From positions 90,830,001 through 90,894,000 of the forward strand of contig OZ024746.1 in NCBI GenBank assembly GCA_964016885.1: DNA of 64,000 bases. Reading direction: 5' to 3'. This DNA comes from Eledone cirrhosa. Its lineage: Eukaryota. Below the pieces are notes generated by a model that saw only the letters and a list, made by a program, of their open reading frames with translations, searched no databases and had not been told where the DNA came from. Below are positions 1-13,979 of the stretch, piece by piece; positions within the stretch are counted from its first letter, which is position 1, and each line of letters begins with the position of its first letter. The position numbers were made by a program, and so were the translations under genes.

Positions 1-378
1 CATGTTAATATAAGGCTATGTGTGTGCGTGTATATGTGTGTGAGTGTGTGTGTGTGCGTGTGTGTGTGAGTGTTATTATACGTCCGTACGAAGCTAAGAG
101 AGTATGTGTGTGCATATGTAAGTAAAATAATGTGTGTGTGTACTTGTAAGTACGAAGCTGTGAGCAAAAGCATGTTAATATAAGGCTGTGTGTGTGTATA
201 TATGTGTGTGTGTGTGTGTGTGTATGTGTGTGTGTGAGTGTGTGTGTGTGTGTGCGCGTGTGTGTGAGTGTTATTATACGCCCGTACGAAGCGAAGAGAG
301 TATTTGTGTGCATATGTAAGTAAAAGAATGTGTGTGTGCTTGTAAGTACGAAGCTGTGAGCAAAAGCATGTTAATATA

Positions 379-472
<94 letters not shown>

Positions 473-480
473 AGCTGTGA
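1..480. repeat. Compound tandem repeat (~170-200 bp units with embedded (TG)n)
   Basis: Motif catgttaatataagg recurs at 1, 171 and 368; ...gtacgaagctgtgagcaaaag recurs between them, separated by variable TG tracts. Confidence 0.85.
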
Positions 481-607
481 AGGGAAAAGTGGAGTGAGTA
501 CATTTAGTCGGTCTGTATAAGTTGTAAGAGAAAATGTTACTGACCATAAAAGAACCACAGGAGTCTAGGGCTGATTGTACAAGCGCGTGTGTGATAATGG
601 ACGGGAC

Positions 608-950
608 GCACACATACATAGACACACACACACATATATATACATATATATATGTACATATATGCATATACACATACATATATATACACACATGTATATA
701 TATACACACATGTATATATACACACATGTATATATATATATACACACATGTATATATACATACATTTATATATGTACATATATGCATATACACATACATA
801 TATATACACACATGTATATATATATATACATATGGATGTATATATACATATATGTACATATATGCATATACACATACATATATATACACACTTGTATATA
901 TATATATATACACACACATGTACATATATATATACATATATATATAAATA
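608..950. repeat. (CA)/(TA) compound microsatellite
   Basis: Direct inspection. Confidence 0.9.
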
Positions 951-1672
951 TAAATTCAGCGAGAATCGGATTTCGGCGGGTAGAAAATAAGCGAAACGTA
1001 ATTTCCGATTTGTGTTGGCAAGCGCTCCATGGACCAAAAGAGACCAGAGCAATAAACATATGTTATAAAGACCATACAAACTGAGACGGCGGTTAAGAAG
1101 CTATCGACCACCTAAGCCAAAAAAAACGAAGCAAGCTAAACGGGTCAAACAAAATATGAATGAAATATTTATCCAGACCCTGGAAATGATGGTATAATCC
1201 AGTACAGGGTTTCTGCGACACCTAAATCAATTATACTGTTTGCTTAAAAAAATAAGCTTTTGGTATAATGATCGAACAAGGATATCATTTTCTCAACAGG
1301 TATTTTGTTCTGCGCCAACGTTTTGAATCTCACAGCATTTATATATATGTACTATTTTTTCAGCTGGGAGTGAAAGGCCCCCAGTTGTTGTCACGACACC
1401 TTTCTGGGAGAGGGAAACTCTGAAAATAAACCTGCGGCTTCGGAAGCATCCGATGATGTATATCAGTTCTTCTTTTCGGGTAGTGTTTTCGATGCTCAGG
1501 GAGTGGGATTGATCGAATGCAAGGCCTTTCCTCACTTTAAAAACCTTCAAAGCACAGGCACTGCTTGTTCAAGGTCTGTTACAGGTTCGTGTGGCTGGCC
1601 GTAGCCTAAAGGTGCACCATTTTCTGCAATTGATAAGCGATTGCAATACTCTTAGCAGAGTTTGTAGCCATA

Positions 1673-1754
<82 letters not shown>

Positions 1755-2287
1755 TATACAACTACACATAGACAAATTCTATATCCTACCCACATACACG
1801 CACCCACTGCCACACCTAGATACACAGATACCCTTACACATACACACCCGCACGTGCACGTACACGAACATATAAACACATAAGGATACCTACACCCACT
1901 TACTAAAGCCCTCCTCTCTCTCTCTCTATATATATATATATATGGATTGAGAGGGACGAGGTTGTGTGGTTAGTGATAACGAGTGTTTAAAAGTTAAGGG
2001 AACACAAACAAGAGATAGACATTTTCCCTTCATCAGTTGTCTACTACGGGTCACAGATGTTTCAGTGCATTATAGACAATACATCTATCCGTAGCGCGCC
2101 CATAACTTATTATCAACAAGTTATATACATACACACAGGCGCACACACACACACACATATATATATACATATACATACCATATATATACATACATATAAA
2201 CTATCCATAATAAGAAGTATTCACAACCTCTAACTGGATTACCTATAACGATATTTTGTTATCCCGTATACATACACACGTATATAT

Positions 2288-2344
<57 letters not shown>

Positions 2345-2384
2345 TATATATATATATATATATACATACATACATTATACATTG

Positions 2385-2426
<42 letters not shown>

Positions 2427-2679
2427 TACACATATACACCGTTCATTTTTCACATTCTTAACATTCTTCAGATTTCATAGGAATCGTGCATTTTAAAGAG
2501 TAACGTTCTTCAACGGTAAGAATGTACAAAAGCTAACATTATTTTGTGAAACAAAATATGTCGACATTACTGTCGCTATTAACATATTGCTTTCCTCTTA
2601 AATACCAGAAAATGAAGAAATAATTTCAATTTTGAAAAAATGTTTGCCATCTTAAACTACGAATAAATTATCACATGTC

Positions 2680-2875
2680 AACGATGGAGCCTTTACATGG
2701 TTACTTGACGTGCTAGAAACAGCAGTGAAATCTTACTCATCCCACCCGTTTTATTTAAGGAGTGATATATCGGAGAGTGTTGTCCCAGATATAGAAAATG
2801 ACGGGATTGTCATGACTGGAATGTCTTTTTGACATTGATTTGCTCGAACCTGGTTGAACTTAGGTTAAACAAAAA
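2680..2875 (+). mobile_element. Dispersed repeat family (other copies ~6015-6190 -, ~48590-48790/49168-49270 +, ~50860-50990 -)
   Basis: Shared motifs ggttacttgac..tgctagaaa..agcag..aaatct..ctca and tcatg..tggaatg..ttt in several copies. Confidence 0.6.
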
Positions 2876-2901
2876 TAAATTCTCGATTTGTTTCTTTAGA
2901 A

Positions 2902-3035
2902 CAGGCATGGACAACCTTTATCGAGCAGTGGGCCACATAGGATGTGGCTCATTATAAGGTGGACCACATAGGATGTGGTTAATCATAAGGTGGGCCACAT
3001 AGGATGTGGCTCAACATAAAGTGGGCCACACTACT
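2902..3035 (+). mobile_element. hAT-like MITE 5' end with three ~31-bp subterminal repeats
   Basis: Starts CAGGCATGGACAACCTT; gtgg(g/a)ccacataggatgtgg occurs three times. Confidence 0.5.
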
Positions 3036-3325
3036 AACAAAATCAAGGATATTTTGAAATTAGGCGCGCCATTTCGAAAGCCAAACAGTAAAAGATACGC
3101 CATTAAATAGCACCAATACGTAGTTAATTATTAATTTGTGAAATAGAGAAGAAAGTGATTGATTTGTAGAGAGGAAATTTAGTAAGTACTTTATTGCATC
3201 TTGAAAGGCACAAAATACTATGTTTAACTTCGCGAAGATTTGAACTGAAGGCGTAAAGACATATCGGCCCTCTATCGATTCTGTCACCCCATCGATCACA
3301 CTAAAACTGACATTGATTTCTAATT

Positions 3326-3525
3326 AGGCACAAAGCCAGTAAGTTGTGGGGAGGAAGAAATCAATAATATCGATTCCAATAGATTATTACTATTTTATTT
3401 TATCGAACCCAGAACAAGGAAAGGCAAAGTTGACCTTGGCGAGATTTGAAATCAGATCGTAATTGTAGCTAAATGCCACGAAATATTTTGTTCGACGCTC
3501 AAACGATTTTGCCAATCCATCGCCT
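3326..3525 (-). mobile_element. tRNA-derived SINE (Meta/MESC-like core), diverged copy
   Basis: Reverse complement resembles the family seen at 35018-35208. Confidence 0.75.
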
Positions 3526-3870
3526 CACTAACAATATTGATTTTTTTTTTTTTACATTGGCTCAAGTATTGAGTGTTGCTATATATTCCGTTCCTGATGA
3601 GTTCAAATCTCACTGAGGTCAGCTTTGATTTAATCCTTCCAGCGTTGACAGATGTCTAGGGTGGTGGACTGGTGAAATTAGGGGAGCGCTGGATGAGACG
3701 CCTTATGTTGGTATTCTCTGTTCAATTCCAGTCGTGACCTACTTGATTAGTAGACTTAATCTCGGGTCACCAATAATCGTTCACCCCCACCTCTTATTTT
3801 AGCCTATATCCACCCCGCTTATTAAATTTTGCTAATCTATCACCGGCGTGCTAGCATTAATTAATTAATT

Positions 3871-4195
3871 CAAATCCCGCCGAGGTTAACTTTGCCTTTC
3901 ATCCTTACGGGGTCGATAAAATAAAGTACCAGTAATGCACTGGGTAATTGCTGGCCTTGTCCCAAAAGTAGAAACAATTATTATTCCTGTAGCCTCAATA
4001 GTGGGGCTGGGGATGGAACGTTTCATATAGAATCAATTGACATCCGAAATGGAAGAGTTACCAATCAGGGCGAGGACCAAAGAAGAGTTATGTGCACTGT
4101 AACATCCTTCAGATTAATCCCTTCTTCTTCTCTCACTTATTTCTGTCAGGGTCGTGGAGGAGCCAATAGTAGAAACAATTAATTAATTAATTTAA
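3871..4195 (+). mobile_element. Chimeric SINE insertion with captured flank and 23-bp TSD
   Basis: SINE 3' half plus ~180 bp matching 12211-12388, then a SINE tail; flanking direct repeats gtg(c/t)tagcattaattaattaatt at 3848-3870 and 4196-4218. Confidence 0.75.
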
Positions 4196-4554
4196 GTGTT
4201 AGCATTAATTAATTAATTTTTTTAGACATACATGACGTGAAAAGTACATTACAAGAAACCCAATACGTTATAAAATAAATAGGAAGGGTTGGGTCTCAGT
4301 ATGTAAACCAAATGACTAATTCTGTTTTTTTTGAAAATCAACGAAGACAATCTAGAAAAGTTGCCGACCCCACCTATTATTTGGGACCCGAGAGTACTTT
4401 GCTGTCTAGTTTAACACCACCACTTAGCTTTATGGTGCCTTTAACAGAGTTCCCTCCAGACTAACCGATAAAAATGTTGATAAAATCCACAGGAATTTTA
4501 CCATTTACCTAATATCTATTCCATCCAGACGATCTAGGCAAGATTTGAATTCCA

Positions 4555-5045
4555 AAACTTCTTCTTCCACTTACTCCTGACAGGGTCGTGGGGTAGAGTC
4601 CTCAAACACTCCTTCTGGAGGGTCCTGTCAGAAGCAACTATCTCCAACTAATTCGACTCAATCCCTAAGTAAGACCAGCCAAGCTCATGGATGTTATGCA
4701 ACCATCTTGCTCGGGATATATCCCTGGGTCACCTGCCGGTTAGTTTTGCTCGTAAAATCTGTCCGGTAATACTTTCCTGAGACAGTCTAACCACATGCCT
4801 ATAGTATCGGAGCTGTGATCTCTTAATTCAGCGAAGTAGCGGCTCTACCTGGAGTGACTTTCTCATGTCCTAGCTACACACTCTATCAAGTAACGTTACT
4901 CATAAGACCCTTCGGAGGGACCCTATTCTAACCACATGGTCATAGTATCGGAGCTGTGATCTCTTAATTCAGCGAAGTAAGGGGCTCTACCTGGAGTAAC
5001 TTTCTCATGTCCTAGCTACACACTTTCTCGAGTAACGTTACTCCT
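4555..5045 (-). mobile_element. RTE-clade LINE 3' fragment with internal ~115-bp tandem duplication
   Basis: Minus strand encodes decayed ...LQVEPLL..RSQLRYY.HVVRL..RARWLHNI; 4785-4900 repeated at 4927-5043; related fragments at 12345-12510 and 52285-52610. Confidence 0.75.
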
Positions 5046-5494
5046 TCAACTGATTCCCGAAACAAATACAAACACAAAAAAACACACCCCACCAACAACA
5101 ATACATAAATGTAAAAAAGCAGACAAAATAAAATAAATCAAGGAGAAAAGATGATTTGTTTTATAAGCTGTGTTCATTGTGAGACAGAGATCTAGAGTTG
5201 AGTGTCAACATTGTTGGTAGATGTTTAATTGGTCGACAGATAAATATTTAATATGTGTTATCTGACATAACATGTCACATAAGAGAATATTGATCGACAA
5301 CAATCGGTTTTACAGATAAATATTGATCAACAACAATCGATAAACAAGAGAAAATCAATGATGAAACAAAAGAAAAAAAAACAAAAAACAAAATTAGTTA
5401 ATTCAATCTACAAATTAGTTAATTAAAAATATAATTGCCTTTTTATATATTTATCTAATAATTTATAGTAAGCTTTTATATATATATACAGTAG

Positions 5495-5526
<32 letters not shown>

Positions 5527-6254
5527 ATATATGTATAAAAGGTCAACTTTGCCTTTCGTTCTTTCAAAATTGATAAAAAAAAGTACCAGTTTAATACTCG
5601 GGTTGATTATTTCTCTATATCTCTTTCTCATTTCGTCTCTCTATCCTTCTCAGGAAGAAATCTGCTGTATTCAGGCATGGAGAGGAGATGGGCTCCGCCA
5701 GGTTTAAAGAATTCCTAGAAACGCCGTCAATAGCCCCCCCCCCTCCCCTCCCCCAAGAGTTAAGGGACCATGCCATGCCTTCTGGTTGTGACACCAGAGG
5801 CCGGTGAATCGACAGAATCGTTAGAGCGTTGAACAACATGTTTTATGTATCATTTAGTTATGGTCCATTACGTTCTCAGTTCACACCGATGTTTGCCTTT
5901 CAACCTCCCAGGGCCAATAAAATAATGTACCAGTTACGTACTTGGGGTCGATGTTATTGATTTTCCCCTTCCCATAAATTGTTGGCTTTTTGTCGAAATT
6001 AGGAATAACAGACACCGAGTCAGCCCTCATTAAAAAACAGACTTATGATAAAAAGCATTCCAACCATGACTCACCTGTCTTTTATTTTAAACACTGTATT
6101 TAGAACTACATTATCTAGTGGGACTTTTTTTTTTAAGACGACACGATGTAATTTGAGGGAGATTTGGCTGCTATTTCTTGCAGGTCTTCCCCTTTTTACT
6201 CAATAAATTACCCGACTCTTCATAACTGGAATTGATAGTGATTGTTAAGGTGGT

Positions 6255-8445
6255 GGTGTTGGTGGTTGTTGTAGTGGTGTCTGTTACTGTTGTGGTTGTG
6301 TTGTAGTGGTGTCTGTTACTGTTGTGGCGGTGGTTGTGTTGTAGTGGTGTCTGTTATTGTTGTGGTGGTGGTTGTGTTGTAGTGGTGTCTGTTATTGTTG
6401 TGGTGGTTGTGTTGTAGTGGTGTCTGTTATTGTTGTGGTGGTTGTGTTGTAGTGGTGTCTGTTATTGTTGTGGTGGTTGTGTTGTAGTGGTGTCTGTTAT
6501 TGTTGTGGTAGTTGTGTTGTAGTGGTGTCTGTTATTGTTGTGGTGGTTGTGTTGTAGTGGTGTCTGTTATTGTTGTGGCAGTGGTGTCTGTTATTGTTGT
6601 GGTGGTTGTGTTGTAGTGGTGTCTATTATTGTTGTTGTGGTTGTGTTGTAGTGGTGTCTGTTATTGTTGTGGTGGTTGTGTTGTAGTGGTGTCTGTTATT
6701 GTTGTGGTGGTTGTGTTGTAGTGGTGTCTGTTATTGTTGTGGTAGTTGTGTTGTAGTGGTGTCTGTTATTGTTGTGGTGGTTGTGTTGTAGTGGTGTCTG
6801 TTATTGTTGTGGTGGTTGTGTTGTAGTGGTGTCTGTTATTGTTGTGGTGGTTGTGTTGTAGTGGTGTCTGTTATTGTTGTGGTAGTTGTGTTGTAGTGGT
6901 CTGTTATTGTTGTGGTAGTGGTGTCTGTTATTGTTGTGGTGGTTGTGTTGTAGTGGTGTCTGTTATTGTTGTGGTGGTTGTGTTGTAGTGGTGTCTGTTA
7001 TTGTTGTGGTGGTTGTGTTGTAGTGGTGTCTATTATTGTGGTTGTGGTTGTGTTGTAGTGGTGTCTGTTATTGTTGTGGTGGTTGTGTTGTAGTCGTGTC
7101 TGTTATTGTTGTGGTGGTTGTGTTGTAGTCGTGTCTGTTATTGTTGTGGTGGTTGTGTTGTAGTCGTGTCTGTTATTGTTGTGGTGGTTGTGTTGTAGTG
7201 GTGTCTATTATTGTGGTTGTGGTTGTGTTGTAGTGGTGTCTGTTATTGTTGTGGTCGTTGTGTTGTAGTGGTGTCTGTTATTGTTGTGGTGGTTGTGTTG
7301 TAGTGGTGTCTATTATTGTTGTTGTGGTTGTGTTGTAGTGGTGTCTGTTATTGTTGTGGTGGTTGTGTTGTAGTGGTGTCTATTATTGTGGTTGTGTTGT
7401 AGTGGTGTCTGTTATTGTTGTGGTGGTTGTGTTGTAGTGGTGTCTATTATTGTTGTGGTGGTTGTGTTGTAGTGGTGTCTATTATTGTGGTGGTGGTTGT
7501 GTTGTAGTGGTGTCTGTTATTGTGGTGGTGGTTGTGTTGTAGTGGTGTCTATTATTGTTGTGGTGGTGGTTGTGTTGTAGTGGTGTCTGTTATTGTTGTG
7601 GTGGTTGTGTTGTAGTGGTGTCTATTATTGTGGTTGTGGTTGTGTTGTAGTGGTGTCTGTTATTGTTGTGGTGGTTGTGTTGTAGTAGTGTCTGTTATTG
7701 TTGTGGTGGTTGTGTTGTAGTGGTGTCTATTATTGTTGTGGTGGTGGTTGTGTTGTAGTGGTGTCTGTTATTGTTGTGGTGGTTGTGTTGTAGTGGTGTC
7801 TGTTATTGTTGTGGTGGTTGTGTTGTAGTGGTGTCTGTTATTGTTGTGGTGGTTGTGTTGTAGTGGTGTCTATTATTGTTGTGGTGGTGGTTGTGTTGTA
7901 GTGGTGTCTGTTATTGTGGTGGTGGTTGTGTTGTAGTGGTGTCTATTATTGTTGTTGTGGTTGTGTTGTAGTGGTGTCTGCTATTGTTGTGGTGGTTGTG
8001 TTGTAGTCGTGTCTGTTATTGTTGTGGTGGTTGTGTTGTAGTGGTGTCTGTTATTGTTGTGGTGGTGGTTGTGTTGTAGTGGTGTCTATTACTGTTTTGG
8101 TGGTTGTGTTGTAGTGGTGTCTGTTATCGTTGTGGTGGTTGTGTTGTAGTGGTGTCTATTACTGTTGTGGTGGTTGTAGTGGTGTCTATTATTTTTGTTG
8201 TGGTTGTGTTGTAGTGGTGTCTATTATTGTTGTGGTGGTTGTGTTGTAGTGGTCTCTGCTATTGTTGTGGTGGTTGTGTTGTAGTGGTGTCTGTTATTGT
8301 TGTGGTGGTTGTGTTGTAGTGGTGTCTATTATTGTTGTAGTGGTGGTTGTAGTGGTGTCTCTTGTTGTGGTAGTTGTGTTGTAGTGGTGTCTATTATATT
8401 TGTGGTGGTTGTGTTGTAGTGGTGTCTATTATCGTTGCGGTGGTT
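6255..8445. repeat. 35-bp GT-rich minisatellite (~60 units, +/-3 bp variants)
   Basis: Unit gttgtgttgtagtggtgtctgttattgttgtggtg. Confidence 0.95.
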
Positions 8446-9269
8446 GTAGTAGTGGTACTTGTGGCTGTGTTTGTAATGATTGTGGTGGTGGCGGCTAATG
8501 TCATTGTGGAAGTGGTACTTGTGATGGTAGTTATTATATTACATATTATTTTTATGCTTTAAACTGTTGACAGAGTTTGTGTCTGGCTTGGACGTCGGTC
8601 TAGCACAGGTTTCGTCTACAAGAGGATTTTAACTTTTAACCTAAAAAGACACCCAACAGCAATAAAGTCTCCCAGTACTTAAAGCAACCCCCTCCTACAT
8701 CGTTGAACATGTTTACAAATGAGTGATTCCATAATTATATATCTTTTCTACAGACACAATGTCTGAATAAACCTTTAAAACGTTATAATAAAATTAAATC
8801 ATGTCGTGACATCTGGCCCACCCTCTCGTTTAACTGCTTCACTCTCTAATTTATACAATCAAAAATAAAATTTATTAATCATAAGCTTCTCCTGTTACAT
8901 TCGTCAATTGATGTTGTTGTTGTTGTTGTTGTTGTTGTTACTACAGGAGTTACATTAGTCTACTGTGTTTATTTATGAAATATAAATAGCATGGCGACGT
9001 TTGTGTTGGAGATTTCGCCAAGAAATATTCCTTCTAGACCGAATACTAGTGAGATATAGGTTAATATACTTCATCATCATTTCGGAATAAATGTTATTAA
9101 AAAAGAAGAATGAAAATTGTGCAATGAAGGAATTTCAGAAGAATGCATTATTTTAAGCTGGAAGTTTTTAAGCACAAAACACGAGATAAAAGAATCAGTC
9201 AAAATAATTACAGATGCAAGTATTATACATATAGTCATTATATTTACAGAAGCAGAATAGTATGATGAT

Positions 9270-9655
9270 TTCTACTTTTGGCACAAGGCCAGCAATTAAC
9301 CAATACATTACTGGTACTTTATTTTATCGACCCCGTAAGGATGAAAGGCAAAGCTAACCTCGGTGGGATTTGAAATCAGAACGTAAAGGGTCATAACTCT
9401 ATGCTGCAAAGCATGGTGACTGACGCTCTACCAATACTGCCAATCCACCGCCCTCCCTCCCTATAATATATAGTGTGTGTAATTTTGGCACAAGGCCAGC
9501 AATTACCAGTAAATTACTGGTACTTTATTTTATCGACCCCGTAAGGATGAAAGGCAAAGTTAACCTCGGCGAGATTTGAACTCAGTCCATAAAGGGACGT
9601 AACTCTATGCTGGAAAGCATGGTGTCCGACTCTCTACCGAATCTGCCAATCCACT
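9270..9655 (-). mobile_element. Two adjacent tRNA-derived SINE copies
   Basis: ggcacaaggccagcaatta..tggtactttattttatcgaccccgtaaggatgaaaggcaaag..ctgccaatccac at 9270-9453 and 9483-9655. Confidence 0.85.
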
Positions 9656-9709
9656 ATTATCGATAAATTAGACTTAGTGAACAATGAAAGTATTTACAAC
9701 AATATACAT

Positions 9710-10031
9710 CAGGGTTTCCCTACCTGTTCTGCATCATCGCCCACTTTTACATGGAAACATTGTCCACCGCCCACCTATTTAGTGAATATTCAAAAATATA
9801 CCAAAATATTTGGTAAAAGTTTGTTTCTGGTTCGTTATTCCCAGCTTCATGCTTTGTTTTAGGATCTTTCCTTATCTCCTTTGAATATCTCTTTTCATGT
9901 ATCATATGTTGAAATAGCTTCTTAATACTCAAAATCTTATATTGTTCACCAAAATTTTCAATCGCCCGCCATTTTCTGTTCAGTTGATATCGCCCACCGG
10001 TGGGTCATATCGCCCAGAATGGGAAACCTTG
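9710..10031. mobile_element. hAT-like MITE
   Basis: TIR cagggtttccc / gggaaaccttg; degenerate 8-bp TSD atatacat/atttacac. Confidence 0.6.
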
Positions 10032-10176
10032 ATTTACACATCATCACACTGAATATACAACCGACTGGATAACCTTTGACACAACAGAGAAAAGTTATTG
10101 AAAGTGTGGTTTCTGAAGAACACAATATGGCCGTCACATGTAACTTTAAAGTTATCTTCCTTGAAATTAATATAGA

Positions 10177-10658
10177 CTAGCAGAAAAACCACCAAACGGG
10201 TGGTTTTCTGCTAGCATGTGTAGTGTGTAAATTGATATTATACGCAAGTATATATACATGTAGATATGATACATCAAATAAAATCGTAATTGACAATATA
10301 CACAGAAATTGAAGAGAGACTGTGTTACACTGTCTTATGTAATCAGTAACGTAATCCATGATACATTAAAAAAAAGATGATATTATATATAAACTGCATT
10401 AGGAGAAAATTAGTGACAGGTAATTAATATGTTTATTTAAGCGATCGCCACCGGAAGTGTTGACTTTTGAACATTTTTAAGAAGTGAATCTTTAAATAAA
10501 TAATAAAATATATTTAATGAACAGCCACGAAATTTAGTAGATAAATTATATAATATTCATTCATTATTTATTCAAAGTAATCCAACTTATTTTACTAATG
10601 GGATAAAAAATTATAAACCGTACGCAGTCCCACGCTTCTTACTTTATTATAGTTTAGA
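10177..10658 (-). mobile_element. Non-autonomous Helitron (family H1)
   Basis: 5' TCTAAACTATAATAAAG, 3' hairpin then CTAG, inserted between A and T; closely similar to 14332-14814. Confidence 0.85.
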
Positions 10659-10752
10659 TTAGCTTCATTGGGTTTCTCCTTCAGTTAAAATGTATGTATT
10701 TCTTAGTAGCTCGATACCCAGGATTGAAATACAACAATTTTATCTTCTAACG

Positions 10753-11065
10753 CAGTGGTCTCCAACCTTTTTTATACCACGGACCAGCTTCATGCCAGAC
10801 AATCTTTCCACAGACTGGTAGTTGCACATATCTGTTATTTAAGTACATTTCGATAAAGAGAGCAATAATAAAAAGAACAATTTATTAAAGTGAAGAAAAA
10901 GTGTATAATCTTTTGTCTCTCATGTAGTAAATCTTTTAAAATTAAAGTCCAATATTCAATGTATCTATTATATTATTTTAAACAAGTTAATTATTTCTTT
11001 GTGGCCCGGTAGCAAATGATCCACGGGCCGGTACCAATCCGCGGCTCAGTGGTTGGGGAATTCTG
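10753..11065. mobile_element. hAT/Charlie-like MITE
   Basis: Termini cagtggtctccaacc / ggttggggaattctg; perfect 8-bp TSD TTCTAACG. Confidence 0.85.
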
Positions 11066-11819
11066 TTCTAACGGATATAAAGAGATCGAAGCTTTCGGGT
11101 TTTAGAATCTATTTAAACCCACTTCGAAAAAAGCCACTTAATGTACAGGCAATATTAAAGAAAAAAAAAATGAATTAATAAATATTTTCGTATCTTGAAA
11201 GTATATAATGTTTTACAGTGGTAACAGTAGTTAGACAAAACCAAATGACAGTAATGAAAGTCGTTAGAAGTGTCATATGCCTGAGTCTGTGAAGATATTT
11301 CCTGTGGTTTCTTTGCGACTCCATATTCATAACAACCAAAACTAAAATCTAATATTACATCTACAGTCTAAAGTGTATGAAGGTTAACGACATTCTTTTA
11401 CATTCTTAACTAAACTATTTCTTTTCATCTTTTGTCCTGTTGTGGTGAAAGGATCGGTGAGGTCACCAAATGAATGCTCCTTGCTTGGTGGCACGTTCTC
11501 GTAGAGAGAGAGAGAGAAATAGCAGAAGTGAGAGAGAGAGAGAGAGTGGGGGAGGGGAGAAAGAGAAATATACTGAGAAAGAGAGAGAGAGAGAGAGTGG
11601 AAGTGAGAGAGAGAGAGAGAGTGGAAGTGAGAGAGAGAGTGGAGGAGGGGGGGGGGGGAAGAGAAATATACTGAGAGAGAGAGAGAGGTGGAGGGAGAAA
11701 GAGAGAGAGAGAGAGGTGGAGGGAGAAAGAGAAACTTCTGTACTTCAATGGTACTATACCCATCGAAAGATAAAGTTGGTTTTGGCGAGGTTTGAGCCCT
11801 GATCGCCGAGAGTCTGAAC

Positions 11820-12020
11820 CAACAAACAACACAAGATGCTAATGCAACAACAAACAACACAAGATGCTAATGCAACAACAAACAACACAAGATGCTAATG
11901 CAACAACAAACAACACAAGATGCTAATGCAACAACAAACAACACAAGATGCTAATGCAACAACAAACAACACAAGATGCTAATGCAACAACAAACAACAC
12001 AAGATGCTAATGCAACAACA
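11820..12020. repeat. 28-bp tandem repeat (~7 copies)
   Basis: Unit caacaaacaacacaagatgctaatgcaa. Confidence 0.95.
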
Positions 12021-12773
12021 ACCCATCCGTCATTTCATCACCTATAAACAATAAAACATTAAAGAGACAAAGAATAACAGAAATTGTTTCAAATCTCATT
12101 ATTATCGAGGTTAACTTTGCCTTTCATCCTTACGGGGTCGATAAAATAAAGTACTAGTAATGCACTGGTTAATTTCTGGCCTTGTCCCAAAAGTAGAAAC
12201 AATTATTATTCCTGTAGCCTCAATAGTGGGGCTGGGGATGGAACGTTTCATATAGAATCAATTGACATCCGAAATGGAAGAGTTACCAATCAGGGCGAGG
12301 ACCAAAGAAGAGTTATGTGCACTGTAACATCCTTCAGATTAATCCCTTCTTCTTCTCTCACTTATTTCTGTCAGGGTCGTGGAGGAGCAGAGTCCTCAGA
12401 CACTCCTTCCAGTTGGCCCTGTCAGAGGCAACCGTATCCAACTGGTCTAGCTGGATCCCCAAGCGAGATCAGCCAAACTCATGAAAATTATCCAACCATC
12501 TTACTCAGCGTCTACTCCTGCACCCCCCTCGCAAAAAAACAAAAATAGAAACAAACAAAATACACAATTTTAGCCGCCTGTGAGTATAAAATGTAACAAA
12601 GATGTGAAATTATGATTTTCTAACATCGACAGAAATCGATATATTTTGTGAGTAGGGTATTAGTTGATTTAATCACAGTGCTTGAGTGATATTTCATCGA
12701 CCCCTCAGATGGATAAAAGGCAGAGTTCGTCTTGGCGGGATTTGAATTTAGAAGTGGGAAACATTGGCAAAGT

Positions 12774-12868
12774 GTTTGGGAGATGTGTGTAATATATTGG
12801 CCAATTGTTTGGGAGATGTGTGTAATATATTGGTCAGTTGTTTGGGAGATGTGTGTAATATATTGGCA
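12774..12868. repeat. 33-bp tandem repeat x3
   Basis: gtttgggagatgtgtgtaatatattgg occurs three times. Confidence 0.9.
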
Positions 12869-13085
12869 AAACATATTTAATTTATGCGGTATCCGATCTT
12901 TTATCCAGTCCCTTCCCACTGTCATTAAAGCCCAGTCTTGAAATGCAACGATTAATGTATTCTCCATAATAAAATTCAAGACGATTTTTTTTATTGTTTA
13001 TGGTAGAGTGTATCAGTATACGGTGCATGACATTTAATAGGAGATGAAATTGAGAATTTCAAGTGAGAATTCCAACTATTTTCAG

Positions 13086-13170
13086 ATTTCAGAAGGAAAT
13101 AGGAGAGATGGTGCGAAACAACTACAGAAATCTTGGAAAGTAGCCCCACGTGGATTAAAATATTTAAGTG
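13086..13170 (+). other. Candidate internal exon (85 nt), product unknown
   Basis: ttttcag acceptor and G|gtaagt donor; one open frame ISEGNRRDGAKQLQKSWKVAPRGLKYLS. Confidence 0.4.
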
Positions 13171-13979
13171 GTAAGTAAAAGAAATACTTGTCACCTAAAT
13201 TTTCTTCTCAGAATACACCAGCTAATTACATTCTAAACATTTTTTCCAGTGAAGTAAAATCGTTTAATACCACTACATAAGGAATCCTAATACTACTTAA
13301 CATGTAAAAATAATTTCTAAATATACAACGTTAAGTTTTAAATAAATATTATCTTCTTGCTAACCACTTCACAAGAAATATACGCAGAAATATCCTTTAT
13401 GAAACAGCAGTTATAAAGTCTGAGAAAAACAAACAATTTTTTTAAGCAGAAGAATAAAGTACTAATCATGTACTGGAATCAATGTAATTGACTTTCACCT
13501 CCACCAATACAGGGTATTTATGTTAGAAACAATTATTATAGATAGACAATTCTGTATCCGCTGCAAACGACGGGGGAAAGATTTTAAGTTTCTTACTTAA
13601 AGTCTTTACACTTTGGATGTCATAGTAAAAATCTACTAACATAATAGCCTTGTGTATTTGTCCGTCACACACTAGAGATTACTGAGGAAGGAAGGGGTGA
13701 TTACGTCAACTGAGGAAGGAAGGGGTGATTACCTCAAATATTCGCTACACCTGTGTGTGTATATGTATAGCGAATTGGCTTCCCATATTAGCTGTTATGA
13801 TTACGTGTGTGTTTGAGTGTGTGTATACGTGTGTTTGTATAAATTATATTTATATATAATATTTGTGTGAGTGTATATGTGTTTGTGTATTTAGAAAGAT
13901 ACATAGACAATAGAATTACAAACACACACATCTACACGTACATATATATAAACAAACACACCTAGAAAAAATAATCATT

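Noticed and set aside
950-1670. Possible coding island
   Set aside because: No recognisable domain or consistent open frame
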